Source: the human T2T-CHM13v2.0 reference genome, Homo sapiens
DNA: 64,000 nt
Strand: one strand, 5' to 3'
Assembly: GCF_009914755.1 (NCBI RefSeq)
Contig: NC_060930.1
The notes under the pieces were generated by a model that ran no database searches, was not told where the DNA came from, and worked only from the letters and a program-made list of their open reading frames with translations. The translations under genes were made by a program, and so were the position numbers. Each line of letters starts with the position of its first letter. Positions within the stretch are counted from its first letter, which is position 1. Shown piece by piece: positions 28,806 through 41,713 of this stretch.

Positions 28806-29379
28806 GTGAGTGTCCTGCTCCAAGGGGGCGGGTGTGCCCAGGTCCCCATCCTCAAGGTCCATGGGATTCCTTGGTACCTGGGGCACCCATCTGTTGAGAG
28901 GATAAAGGGGGGTACCAGGAGCTTAGAAGGTGAATTTAGTTCTCTAATCTCCCCTCCCTGCCCCTGCCCCTGCCCCTGCCCCTGTCCCAGGATTGTTTGA
29001 TGACTAACGGAACTGGGTCTGTGGGGTACATGGTGCCCTCCTGCAGGTTTTTCTGTAATATCTGCAAGTGAAATGTTTGTGTCATTTTGTATATGATGCT
29101 GGGTACACACATGACTGTGTTGGTAGGTCCTTGAAAGCTTGTTTGGGGGCTGTGTGCATCTCTGTGTATGACTGTGTATTTGGACTATGCGTGTGTGTTG
29201 TGTGGCTGTGCACTGGCAGGGCTCTGTGGGTCCATGGGACTGGTTTTTGGGTGGCTCCTGGGAGCTGTGTGTGTGGCACTCAACATGGCCATGTGCATTG
29301 GCGGCCTCTGTGCCTGCACCTGAGCTGGGGGTCCTGTGAGTCCTGCTGGATGCATGTGTGCATCTCTCTCCCTCCCCAG

Positions 29380-29449
29380 CTGCTGGACCAGGAACTCCAA
29401 CATGAACTACTGGCTCATTATCCGGCTGCCCATTCTCTTTGCCATTGGG
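29380..29449 (+). CDS. GLP1R: GLP1R coding exon 9 (ECL2, TM5)
   Basis: [23 protein letters not shown]; ccccag acceptor, GTGAGT donor; 70 nt. Confidence 0.98.
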
Positions 29450-29534
29450 GTGAGTGATGGTGTCAGGGATGGGAGTGGCAGCTATGATAGGGCTGGGCTG
29501 GTGCCCCCTGCCAATCCCCGGCCCCACCCCGCAG

Positions 29535-29623
29535 GTGAACTTCCTCATCTTTGTTCGGGTCATCTGCATCGTGGTATCCAAACTGAAGGCCAATCTCATG
29601 TGCAAGACAGACATCAAATGCAG
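29535..29623 (+). CDS. GLP1R: GLP1R coding exon 10 (TM5, ICL3)
   Basis: [29 protein letters not shown](R); cgcag acceptor, GTGATG donor; 89 nt. Confidence 0.97.
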
Positions 29624-29986
29624 GTGATGTAACTGAGCTGGCTTTACTGAGGACCCTCAGCAAGTGCCCCTTTCCTTCTAGCAGAGAGAGAGAGAGAGAT
29701 CCTGGGATGCTTAGCTTAGAGCCCTACACTACCCTCTCCTTCCACCCAGGCCTGGCCTTGGACCCCAAACCCTTGCTTTTGCCCTGTCTCTGGGCAGCCC
29801 CTGGACTTGTTGGGGTCTTGACCTCTATTCTTTCCCTCCAGGCAGCCTGTCCCAGGGTATTTGGGGTGGGAGAACATCCATGACCCAGATATCAGGACTT
29901 GGTAGGAAGTGGGGAGGGTAGAGAAAGGGAAGAAGAGTCCATGGGAGAGGTCCAGAATGACTCGAGATCTCTGCCCTGCCCCTCAG

Positions 29987-30125
29987 ACTTGCCAAGTCCA
30001 CGCTGACACTCATCCCCCTGCTGGGGACTCATGAGGTCATCTTTGCCTTTGTGATGGACGAGCACGCCCGGGGGACCCTGCGCTTCATCAAGCTGTTTAC
30101 AGAGCTCTCCTTCACCTCCTTCCAG
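29987..30125 (+). CDS. GLP1R: GLP1R coding exon 11 (TM6, ECL3, start of TM7)
   Basis: [46 protein letters not shown] (PxxG motif); ctcag acceptor, GTGACT donor; 139 nt. Confidence 0.98.
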
Positions 30126-30839
30126 GTGACTTCATGCTTGGGGACACTTGCTTGTAAAGTCCTAGAGTGGGGGTGGGACAGACACCAGCCTGCATCATGC
30201 AGATGGAAAAGGTGGGAAGACTGGGACCTGGAGGGGTGATCCCTGCCCAAAGTCACCTAGTTGGAGCAGAGCCAGAACTAGTATCCCCAGGTGTCCCAAT
30301 ACCTGGGCCAGTCTTCTCTGTAAGCACATGGGACAAGAAGCCTTCCTGGATGTAGCTCTGGGTACCAGCCTGGCATTGCAGCTGCCATCTACTTGGTGGC
30401 GAGCACCCTGCCAGGTGCTTTACATGCATTGTGCATTTACTCCTCACAGAACCCAGGAGATGTGCAGGGTTAGCCTCACTTTACAGAGGAGACTCAGAGG
30501 TGTTAAAACCAGAGTTACGGTGTCACAGTTTCAAAGAAAAGAACTGATCCTCTCCACTAGCATTAGATGATGCTAAGGGGGTGTAAAAATACAAAAAAAC
30601 TGGTCCCTGCCTGCCCCTCAAGAGTGTCATGAGATGCCTGCACACATGTGGGCTCATGTGTGTGTATTTACATACATGTGCAGACATACAGAACACAATT
30701 CTGGAGCCCTGGGTCTCCTTCATGAACAGATGGGGCTGGAGTGGGGAATATTCTCCATGATCAGAGTCATTGTACTTCACTGGATCAGGCCTCCTCAAGG
30801 AGAGGTTGGATGTAGGATCTCTACAGCTTCTGGGCAGCT

Positions 30840-30945
30840 TCTGAGCAGGGTCTCCTGGACCCCATGGCACATGCCTGGGAGACCCATGGGGAGAGGCTAG
30901 CTGGGGCCTGTAGCCAGGCCTAGTCGCAGAGGTGCAACCCTGGTG
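30840..30945 (+). repeat. Left arm of a 106-bp inverted repeat (intron 11)
   Basis: Reverse complement of 33529-33634 matches at 95/106 positions, ungapped (aligned by hand). Confidence 0.95.
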
Positions 30946-31120
30946 TTCCTTCAGAAAGGAAATGAGAGGGAAGCCACTGCCCCATTCCTGGATCTGCCTG
31001 GGCCGCTGGATTTGGGGAGGGGGTTGTTGAGGATGGAGTCCCAAAGTGCTTCCGACCAGGGCCAGTCTGCAGGGCACCTCCCTCCTGCTTCCTCCCTCTT
31101 GATGTGACTCTTGTTTCCAG

Positions 31121-31162
31121 GGGCTGATGGTGGCCATATTATACTGCTTTGTCAACAATGAG
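31121..31162 (+). CDS. GLP1R: GLP1R coding exon 12 (TM7, 42 nt, phase 0-0)
   Basis: GLMVAILYCFVNNE; tttccag acceptor, GTAAGC donor. Confidence 0.97.
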
Positions 31163-33528
31163 GTAAGCTCTGAGGAGGGACGGTGGGGACCCTGGTGGGT
31201 GGGTACCATCAGCCCGTCTGGAGTAGTACAATGGGGACTCCCATCAATCTTGCCAGCTGAAACCCCCTACTCACCTCACTGAGGCACTAGGGTTGAGAAG
31301 CCATCTTGTCCACAGATTTGGTTTTCTGTGCATGGTCTCTCTCACACATGAACACACACACACAAGTACATGTACAGGTATACCCTAATGGCATGTGACC
31401 CTAAGGAAGACCCAGACTCATGTTAAGGGGATCCTGAATGACCCTCTTTGCTTGGTGGTAGTGACTGTCACTTACAAAGTGATTCAACACACACATACCC
31501 AAGCCACATGCTTGGGGCTTTAATAATCACTATCTCATTTAATTATGACCCCCACATCCCTCAAAAAAAAACCCTGCTAAAATTCTTATTTCATATTCCC
31601 ATTTTTTATATATACATGAGAACACTGAAGATCAGAAAGAGTCAGGAACCTGCCCTAGGTTTGGAAATAGTGGCACACATCGCTTCTTAGCCTTTTGGCT
31701 AAGGTGAAGTGTGGAAATAGTGGCATGGCAGAGCCAGGATTCAAATTAATTCTGCATTAAAGCAGAAAGTACCCCATTCTTCATACACACAGGCAAGAGC
31801 CCTGGCTCACTGTGGGGAAGGGGGTGGCTTTCTGGTGCTAGGATGGGAGAAGGGGGTTCTCGCTGGCCCCACACACTCTCCTGAAAATGTCTGCAGGACA
31901 GCAGGCCTCCCTCCCATCCCTGAGATGGTCAGCTCCTGGGAGGAGGGCATGGCTGTGTTCATGGGCACCTGGAAAAGGCCCCTTCCACCAAGGTACTCAG
32001 CTTTGGAATCCCAGAGCTCAGGGATGTTGGAGTCAGCACATTAATAGGCTTGTCTTTTTCTATGGGTGTGGGGGATGCAGAAAGGACAGTGGGTGGGGAC
32101 CTGGGTGTTTCAAGGAGCTATGAGATGGCTCAAAGAAGCAATGTGATGTAGCAGAAAAGATGCAAGGATGCAGGCTTTGGCATCTTATTTGGTCTGATCT
32201 GGGCCCCATCACTTAATGAGCTGTGTGACTTTGCCTAAGTTACCTGCCCACTCTGAAACTTAGTTTGCTCATTTACAAAGTGGGGATAATCCTGTGAGGA
32301 TTAAGAAAGTCTGAAAAAGGTGCGAAAGGGGAACAGAGAACAAGTCCTTCCTTCAAGGTGGGATGCTGAAGGCCCATCCTAGCTCCTCACAGGTGCTGCT
32401 TGGCATGGAGAAACACACACCATTATCTCCAGATGCTCAGTAAGCAATCACTATTAGATCAGTATTCAGTGATTCCCAGAGACAGGGGCCTAAGGAATTT
32501 CAGAGGATGCCGTGCAGAGAAAATGAGGCTGGGTGAAAGGGAAGGGAGGGGAATGTTCCCTTGTCCCTGAGGCCTCCCCCTGCTTCTGCTGAACTGGCTA
32601 CCTGTGGGAAGTGTGGCCCTCAGATCTCTAAATGGGAGGGAAACCAAGGTCTCTTAAGGGTTTACTGCATATAAGGTGCTCAGAGTGTCTCATTACATCC
32701 AATGCTGTGCAGCAGATGGTATCCCCAATTCACAGCTAAGAACGTTAAGCCTCAGCAAAATGAAATGAGTAGCCTAATTCAATAGACAGAAGATGGTAGA
32801 GCTAGTGGGCTGTGGCGGGGGCAAGATCCCACTTAATGCCTCAGGGAAGCAGGTGCTGGGGAGGTGAAGGCAGCGCCAGGCAAAGAGTGGCCCATAAATG
32901 GGATTCTGGCTGTTCCTGGGACAGGTCTTAGAGGACCCAGCGGCTCCGTTTGGAGGGTAGGGCAGGGAACAGGCTCGTGACCCACAGGAGGCAGTCCTGG
33001 TCCTCCTCCACTGCCATATCCTCAAAATGAATTTCTTTAAAACTGATGCAAACGAGGAAGTGCAAAAACCTAAGCTCTGTGGGTGGCCTCCCCTCCAGGA
33101 ATGCTCTCAGCCAGCTGGGTGATGCGCTACCCAGCCCTGAGCTCTGCTGCTTTCCATTCCAGCCCAGTGGTGATGGGGGCAAGACAGGGTGGCATGTATC
33201 CTGTGTGGGGATGAGGAGCAGAGGCCTGTAGGGAGAGACTGAGGCTCCCTGCTGCCACCTTGTCATCTAGACCCCCCCACGTCCCCGTTTCTCACTTCTC
33301 TATCCTCTGACACTGTCACTGCAGCCCTACTAGCAGACACGTGTGCTTGGCTTCCCCCCCGCCATTGTGAACAGTCTCCCCTGACCCCTGGCTCAGCTGC
33401 CTCTCCAGATTCCATCCTTCCAAGCCTAGTCATCTCATCACCTCCCTCCTCATGCACCACCTATGGCTGGCCCACCTTTGTAAGGGGATAGTACTTCTTT
33501 GCCCTTGGAAAAAAACTTGATCCTGAAT

Positions 33529-33634
33529 CACCAGGGTTGCACCTCTCTGACCAGGCCTGGCTACAGACCCCAGCTAGCATCTCCCCGTGGATCTTCCAGG
33601 CTAGTGCCACGGGGTCCAGGAGACCCTGCTCAGA
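33529..33634 (-). repeat. Right arm of a 106-bp inverted repeat (intron 12)
   Basis: Partner of 30840-30945. The ORF track echoes it: HQGCTSATRPGYRPQLASP (minus) vs HQGCTSLTRPGYRPQLASP (plus). Confidence 0.95.
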
Positions 33635-36328
33635 GAACGGGAGAACCTGTCTCCCTTCAGAGCACCAGCCAGTTCCTTTAAACCCACCCTGAGACTCCTC
33701 ATGCCCTGGCTGCTCCAGGCACAAGGACAGATACATCATTGTCACTGGGCCACAAAAGACACATGTGGCTCTGGGGCTAAGGCCTCTGTCCACAAGAGCT
33801 GTTCTGCAGACCCAGGGTTGCCATGGCAATGCCAGGTACTTGTGACCTGAGGAGAAAAGATGGCTTGAATATTGGTTCTGTGTGGCTGCCAAGGCCTGCA
33901 CCAGCTGCTGGTGGGCGTGAGTGGGGACAGGGAGGGGGAGGCCTGAAGGTGGTTTTGCTGTAGCTTGTGCCTGAGAGCCACAGTGAGGTGACTCAGAGCC
34001 CTGAGTGCTTGTCCCAGCCCTGCCACTGCCGAGCTGTGTGACCTGGGGCAAGTCATTTTGCCTCCCTTGCCTCTGTCTCCCCAGCTGTAAATGAAGGTGA
34101 ATGAGCTTCCCAATTCACCCCGAATCCTGAGGCTGGCATGGTGCCTGCTGGAGAGGGAGGTCAGGAGGGGTGTGCTGCACTGCAGAGGTCGAGGGCAGGG
34201 ATGAGGATAAAAATCCGATGGTGGAGGAGGAAGTGTGGTGGCCTAAGTCCCAGCCCAGGTGCTCAGAATCTGTGGTGTTGTCTTTGTGGGTTCATTTTCA
34301 TAGCTGAGGAACAGAAGGAACCTGATGTGAGATGCTCATGCATTTATGTGTTCATTCATTTGGTTCATTTAAAACACATGTACTGAGCACCTGCTGTATG
34401 CTGGGCACTGTGCTAGGTTCAGGGATGCTGAGATGAAGAAGATGTGGTCCCAGCCCTCGAGGTGCTCCCAGGTGAGAGGTAGGAGATGGACCAGGGACAA
34501 GCAGGACTGCAAGAGCCACGCAGGCAGGAGGCCAGGGGTTAGGAGCCGGGCATTGGAATCAGGCCAGATCTAGGTTCAAATCCTGGCTGAGCGACCTGAG
34601 GAAATAAACACTCTGCACCTCAGTTTCCTCATCTTTAAATGTGGAGCTACTTTGCAGGGTTGATGTGAAAGTCAGCTAAGATAATTAATGGAAAATTCTG
34701 TGCATACAGTAAGTGCCCAATAAATATGGTGATTTTCAAGGACAATCGTGATTACAGGGGTCACAGCAGAGGTTCAGGAAAAGTGCTGAAGGAGATGGGG
34801 GCAGAAGGAGACACTGTGTGTCAGCACCCTGAGAAGTCCCATAGGTGTCCCTGAAACCTCTCTTTGGTCTCTGGTTTCCCGGAGGTGTGCCTCAGTTTAC
34901 CATCTTTCCCCCCCTCTCCAGCGGAAGGGCTATGAAACAAGCCTGGCCTCCTGGCAGCTGCACAAGTGGGGGCCACCACTGGACTCAGGGCCCCCATCCC
35001 AGCTGTCAGCATGCGCTCCCTTCACAAAGACTCAGCCGGGCAGGGAGCTGGCATACAACAGGGTGGCTGTAGGTGGTGTCTGCTCAGCCTCCTTCCCTCC
35101 CCCACTCAAGCTTGGGTTCATGACGCTGCATGGGACACTGGCGTCATCCTGGCAGGCAGCCTCTGGGCCATCTCAACTCTACTCAGTGCAGAAAATGTTC
35201 TTTTAAGGGATGGCATGCAGCCATACCAGGCGTCTTGCTGGGCATAGCTGGATGGACGACAAAGGAGGAGAGGAGGGTTGTTTGCACAGGGGCTGGTGGG
35301 GAGATTGGCCCCTTATCCACAGCCGCTGGCATCTGGCTGTCTTGGTGACTTGGCCTAAAGGGAAGGGCCCAGACCCCAGACACTCTGGTGTGGGAAGGGT
35401 GGGGACTTCAAAGAAGCTCTGGAAAGCAAATGTGTGGGAACATCACCCAGAAGAGCAGTCCAGACCCCCCAGGACTAGCTTGGCAGGTTCCAGCTAGGCC
35501 TCTCCAGGGACCAGAATCACTGGCCACCACCGGGAGCCACAGCATTGCCACAAACCCTCAAGGGATGGGGGCTCCACAGTGTTACTTGGATTTGTCTCTT
35601 TCTGCCCCAACAATCTGGCCCCCAAGCATCAGCCCTCCTGAGAGGCTTTTCCTGATGGGGAGGCCAGAGCCCAGCACAACAGGGATCCTGGCTGACTGAG
35701 CTCCCCTGGGCTGCACCCCCATGGTCACTGCAGTGTCTCTCTGGATGGCATCAGTTGAGAAGCCCTCACTGGCTGCCCCTTCCTCCCTGCTGTTTCCCGT
35801 CTCAGCCACATTCCTTCCTTCCCTCCCTCCTCCCCTGTGAGGTGCTGGGGCCTGGAGAGAAGCCCTCAGGGAGTTTAGAAGGGTCTGCTGTAGACACCAG
35901 GAAGGCTGGGGGTTGCCGTCCCCCTTCTCAAGCATCCAAGCTGAAACTGGACTGTGCGCTGTAAAGACAGAGTCTCTCTTCTCTCTCCCATCTCCTGTCT
36001 CCCTGTGTTTCACCCTCCCTCTCATTCTCTTCCGTTAAATAATACTGTGATGGATTGTAAAAGGTACTTAGCTGAATCACAGAGTTTAGAGATGGAAAAG
36101 ACCAATTAGGTCATCAAGCTGATCTCTCTCCTGAGGAGCTGCAGAAAATAGGAGACAACAATAAACAATTTTATTGGGATATTAATTTAGGAGCCCGAAG
36201 GCCTTGACTTGTGTCTCTTAATATAATGCAGTGGATTTCTTCCCTTCCCCACTAATGTAATAGTGGGGCCATTTTGTTAGCCATTGGTTTGCATGATGGC
36301 TTTCGTTTCCCTCCTTTTCCCATGGAAG

Positions 36329-36496
36329 GTCCAGCTGGAATTTCGGAAGAGCTGGGAGCGCTGGCGGCTTGAGCACTTGCACATCCAGAGGGACAGCAGC
36401 ATGAAGCCCCTCAAGTGTCCCACCAGCAGCCTGAGCAGTGGAGCCACGGCGGGCAGCAGCATGTACACAGCCACTTGCCAGGCCTCCTGCAGCTGA
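36329..36496 (+). CDS. GLP1R: GLP1R last coding exon 13 (helix 8, C-tail, stop)
   Basis: [55 protein letters not shown] then TGA at 36494-96; acceptor ggaag after a pyrimidine tract. Confidence 0.98.
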   Translation, partial: VQLEFRKSWERWRLEHLHIQRDSSMKPLKCPTSSLSSGATAGSSMYTATCQASCS

Positions 36497-36585
36497 GACT
36501 CCAGCGCCTGCCCTCCCTGGGGTCCTTGCTGCAGGCCGGGTGGCCAATCCAGGTGGGAGAGACACTCCCAGGGACAAGGGAAGGA

Positions 36586-36588
<3 letters not shown>

Positions 36589-36630
<42 letters not shown>
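36589..36630. repeat. (CA)n microsatellite in the proximal GLP1R 3'UTR
   Basis: ~21 perfect CA units about 90 nt after the stop codon. Confidence 0.95.
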
Positions 36631-36636
<6 letters not shown>

Positions 36637-37010
36637 TCCTGCTTTCCCTCCCCAAACCCATCAGACAGGTAAATGGGCAGTGCCTCCTGGGACCATGGAC
36701 ACATTTTCTCCTAGGAGAAGCAGCCTCCTAATTTGATCACAGTGGCGAGAGGAGAGGAAAAACGATCGCTGTGAAAATGAGGAGGATTGCTTCTTGTGAA
36801 ACCACAGGCCCTTGGGGTTCCCCCAGACAGAGCCGCAAATCAACCCCAGACTCAAACTCAAGGTCAACGGCTTATTAGTGAAACTGGGGCTTGCAAGAGG
36901 AGGTGGTTCTGAAAGTGGCTCTTCTAACCTCAGCCAAACACAGAGCGGGAGTGACGGGAGCCTCCTCTGCTTGCATCACTTGGGGTCACCACCCTCCCCT
37001 GTCTTCTCTC

Positions 37011-37018
37011 AAAGGGAA
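37011..37018 (+). promoter_or_regulatory. miR-204/miR-211 8-mer seed site in GLP1R 3'UTR
   Basis: AAAGGGAA matches seed UCCCUUU plus A1; a 7mer-A1 AAGGGAA is at 36576-36582. miR-204 repression of GLP1R in beta cells has been reported; which site mediates it cannot be told from sequence. Confidence 0.55.
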
Positions 37019-40000
37019 GCTGTTTGTGTGTCTGGGTTGCTTATTTCCCTCATCTTGCCCCCTCATCTCACTGCCCAGTTTCTTTTTGAGGGGCTTTGTT
37101 TGGGCCACTGCCAGCAGCTGTTTCTGGAAATGGCTGTAGGTGGTGTTGAGAAAGAATGAGCATTGAGACGGTGCTCGCTTCTCCTCCAGGTATTTGAGTT
37201 GTTTTGGTGCCTGCCTCTGCCATGCCCAGAGAATCAGGGCAGGCTTGCCACCGGGGAACCCAGCCCTGGGGTATGAGCTGCCAAGTCTATTTTAAAGACG
37301 CTCAAGAATCCTCTGGGGTTCATCTAGGGACACGTTAGGAATGTCCAGACTGTGGGTGTAGATTACCTGCCACTTCCAGGAGCCCAGAGGGCCAAGAGAG
37401 ACATTGCCTCCACCTCTCCTTGGAAATACTTTATCTGTGACCACACGCTGTCTCTTGAGAATTTGGATACACTCTCTAGCTTTAGGGGACCATGAAGAGA
37501 CTCTCTTAGGGAAACCAATAGTCCCCATCAGCACCATGGAGGCAGGCTCCCCCTGCCTTTGAAATTCCCCCACTTGGGAGCTTGTATATACTTCACTCAC
37601 TTTTCTTTATTGCTGTGAATAGTCTGTGTGCACAATGGGCAATTCTGACTTCTCCCATCTAGTGGAAATGAGCGAAATCATGGTTGTAGTGATGTTGTTT
37701 GGGAGAGTGCAGTAGTAATTGATTTGACCCACTCACACTTGGAGCTAATTAAGGTTTGCCCTGCCTGCAGCCTCCCCCACAAATAATGAACAGCAGAAAG
37801 ACTGGACGGGGAAACCTATCAATCCTGCCCCCAGCCATGGTGAGGAAGCCCCAAGCCATGGTGACACACAGCAGCACTGCAGATAGCCAGACACATGGCT
37901 ATCCTAGAGAGGCTGGCAAGGAGTTCGTGGCTGCAAAAGAAGTTTCTGGAGCAAGAGAGAGCTCGCTCTTGGGAGTCAGGACCTCCGGGGAGAGCAGAGG
38001 GTTCCGACGGATTCCTTTATGAGTCAGTCTCTCTCTCCCTTTTAAATGGTGGGAACCCTCCCCAAAACCTTTCCCCAGACACATTCTCCTGTGCCCCTCA
38101 GAGAGGCATGTGATGTGCAAGGAAAATAATAGGATGTAAAACACATCAAGTAGAAAATTTCTTATACTTCAGCTTCAGTGAAGTGTTGTCTATGTTAATA
38201 GGCAAGTTGAACCTCGGGCTAAAGAAAGGAATTGTGTGGATGGCTGCCTTGACTGAGACAATATGGGCAGGGGGGCGTTCCTGCTTCCCCAGAACAAGGG
38301 CAGGCTTCCCAAAGGCACCCCTTATTTGCTGTCTCTTCGTGAGCGTGGGCACCAGTGGGTTGATGTGGGAAACAGTGCTGGTGCAAGTGTTTAAGTTTTG
38401 GATAAACTGAGGATTTTGAGAATCATTATTACATTACATAGCAACAAAGAAACAGATTGATATAATCTGTGTGAAATAAATTGCTGAGGAGAGGGATTGT
38501 AGGGAAGAAGTTGCTTAGTTAGGCACCTGGGAAGCTCAAATCATTTAGTTTAAACTGTAAGTAGAGTTGTCTTCCCAACGAGAACTGGTGATTCCTGATT
38601 TCAGAAGGCTCATCAGACCCCTACACCCAAGTCTTTTAACACGGAGGAAGTTTTTCCTTCATGAATACATACAAGATACCGAACTGAAGAAATCTTTTCT
38701 TTGCTCCAACCCCCGCTCCCCCGGCCCCCCGAAGCTATTAATAGTCATTCAAATGGCACTGCACTCTTTCCAAGCTTTCCTAAGCTAAATATGGCTCCAA
38801 CAGGTCTGGGAACTATTGAATGCAATGTACTCTGAAATTCCAGCAGCTGTTTACATGCCTGATGCCTAATGCCATACGCCTGGAACTTGCTGAGAACTCT
38901 CGGCTGCCTCTGTCCTGGGGTACTATTGCTGACCAGCAGGGTGTAGGCGCTGCTTTTGTTTGAGCTTTGTAGCCACAAGGTCTGATGTCTGTTGTGAACA
39001 GCAGCTGACTTCAGCACTCTGGCCAGCTTCCTCAAACTTGTTAGTGGCTTGCATTTTGTCAATTTTTCTTTGCCATTTCAGTCTTTCAAGCAGCTGAATC
39101 GCAGAACTGAAACAAAACACTTATATTGCAAAGTTCCTTCCCTTTAAAATGAGCTTCTGGATTGCAGAGATGATTTTTTATGGTCTTAGCGTGCCTCATG
39201 CTGTAGACCACATCGTTGGAGCTCTGGGAGAGCTCTGAGCAGAGAAAGACCTTGGTGATCCCCCCTGGCCCGATCTATAGGATTGAGGAATGAGGCTTGT
39301 AGAGGTGGCTTGCCCAAGGTCACAACACTAGAGGGTGGTTGAGCTGGGCCAGGACCCAGACAAGCCCTTTTCTCTCAGTCTAGTGAGGCCTCTGGGAAGG
39401 ATAGGTGAAAACTATAAATAGCTGTTCAAGATACTCTGAGTAAAAGTCAGTGGTGTTATCTGGAATTTCTACTGAAGAGGAAATACAGCAGCAAAGGTAG
39501 ACTCATCAGATGGTGAAAGTGTCATCTCCTTTGTAATTTATACTGGTGAGAGGAGGGGAAGGATGTGCTTTCCTATTTTTACACTGGTACTTCATTCATC
39601 CTTGTCTTAAACTTAAGAAATGAAATGCATCAGGGCACACATATACATAGAAACAGCACATAAGCCATTTTGGATGGCAATTCCAGCACTCTTTTAATGG
39701 ATTGGCTTAATTTTTTTTTCTGATGCCTCTCTATGTGTTTGAAAAGTTGTATTGATAGTCACACAGAGTGTACTAAAATAACCTAAAAGGTCTTGAACCT
39801 CCCCTTTACCTCTTTAGAACCTCTGAATTTGGAGACAGCTAGCAAACGGCAACTGTAGCCTAGCAAAGATGGCACAGCACCACAAAGGGCAAATGGAGTC
39901 AACTCCCTTCCATGCTCTGAAGGTCTTGGCCACTCTCATCAGGGTTGGCTGTGTACTATCCAGCAGCTCACAGTCAGGAGACCTCCCCTCCTCAGTCCCT

Positions 40001-41707
40001 CCCATTTCTTTCTTCCGCAAGGAAAGAACATTGCATGTGGGCGTGTGTGTGTGTATGTGTGTGCATGTGTGTGTGCATGTTTCTTCTGTGCATAGCAGCA
40101 TAAAGTTAGGAGATGATGACTCCAGAATCATCACACCCGCTGTGCAGGTCATAGGACCGCACACCCGAGGCTGGGAGTCTAAGTGGTAGATGCTTCCTCT
40201 CCATGCGCAGACAGGGCTCCCATTATTTGCTAATGCCTGCGACGTGCTCAGGGAAGGCAAAATCTATTCCAAAGGTTTATTTTCCCTCTGTTGAATTGAT
40301 TCTAATCTACAGTGCTTACCCTGCTTTTGGCTCCTACGAGGCAAACTATAAAAATTCTCAAATAAAATACAGAGGCTTACTCTGCAAAGACACCTGTGTG
40401 AATGACGTGCTAAACATTCAGCAGAAACCAAATTAGGATCAACTCTTAACATTTTTTCCCTCTTTTGTGGCTGGAATGAGTTCCCCTGGGAAAGAAAATC
40501 GCCCAAGTGAGAAACTTATGCCAACCACATTCCCATGCCCCTACAGTTACCTGCTGGCCCAGATCAGCTCTCTGGGTCTGCAGAGGGCCGAGACAGGAAG
40601 CATTATTAAGCAGTATAATTTCAAACACTTTACTTAGTGCCACAGTGTGTCTGCAGTATCTATAAGTACTTCCGCTCTGTCAAGGAATACAGACTGGCAG
40701 GAAGCAGATAAGCATAATTGTTTTCCAATAACTCCCCAAGTCTCTTGGAATATATATGTATCTGAATCTCTCAGAGGAGAGAGTTTTCTCTCTTCTTTGG
40801 CCATTTTAGCCTATTTTCCAGGACCTTGTCTAGCAGTGGCTCCATTTTTCCCCGATGCATCCAACTTCCCTCCCTGCACTCCTCCTCCCCGACAGCTGCC
40901 TCAGGAATAGGTGACCCTGCTGGCCATACTGTGAATGCTGTTCTTTCAGCTGTGACCAATTTGGGGGTGCAGCTGAGAGTGAGGTGCTGTCAGGGCTGAA
41001 AAGGACGCACCTCATTCTACATTTGGATGTGATGAGGAGCAGGGCAGCCACCAGCTTGGATCCTAACTTACATTGGGTGGTGCAACCTTTCTGACGGGGC
41101 CTGCCAAACTATCAGTAATTAGCCAGCCTAGACAATGTAGCATGACTAATTATTGCTGTGTCAAAGCAATTCAGGACAAGAAAAACATATCTAAATGAGA
41201 ATGTTTAGATGTGGTGAGAAAAGAGCTCTCACCACAATTTGAAACATATAAAAAGTTGAGTTCTTTGCAGGGGAGCCAACGGGGGCATTGAGGGAAGGGC
41301 AAAATTCACCCCAGACAGCCAGTGCTTGATCTTGCCAAACAGTTTACACTTTACCTCCAAACCTGCAGTTCTAAGCTACTCCACTAAAATAATCATCCCA
41401 TCCTCAAAGCAGACCAACTCCAGCATCCCATCGGTTCTGGAGGGATTTGATGCAAACCTTTAAATGCACCAACAGAGAGGTAAGCCAAGCTCTCAGGAGG
41501 GACAAAGATAGATTTCTATCTTCAGTGCTCTTGGGGGATGTTTGCTCCTCATGAGTGTTTAAACAAGATCATTTCCAGGTGATTTCTTAACATATAAATT
41601 CCTGCAAAATAGGACCAGCTTCTATAGGTAGCGAATGTGTAGGTCATATAATTCCTTGTACAGATGTGAATGGATGCAGACTCTTTCCTAATTTGCCTTG
41701 TAAGCCA

Positions 41708-41713
41708 AATAAA
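41708..41713 (+). terminator. GLP1R: Candidate distal polyadenylation signal of GLP1R
   Basis: AATAAA followed by gtctgtctctactgtctctcttgctcttcc. Confidence 0.65.

Noticed and set aside
28781-29617. 278-aa minus-strand ORF, the longest in the track
   Set aside because: Antisense to GLP1R exons 8-10 and TG-rich low-complexity intron; His/Thr-biased, no domain, explained by composition.
30523-33681. ORFs 30523-31209 (-) and 33499-33681 (+) sharing a 36-aa peptide, suggesting paralogous small proteins
   Set aside because: The similarity is just the translation of the DNA inverted repeat; there is no independent coding evidence.
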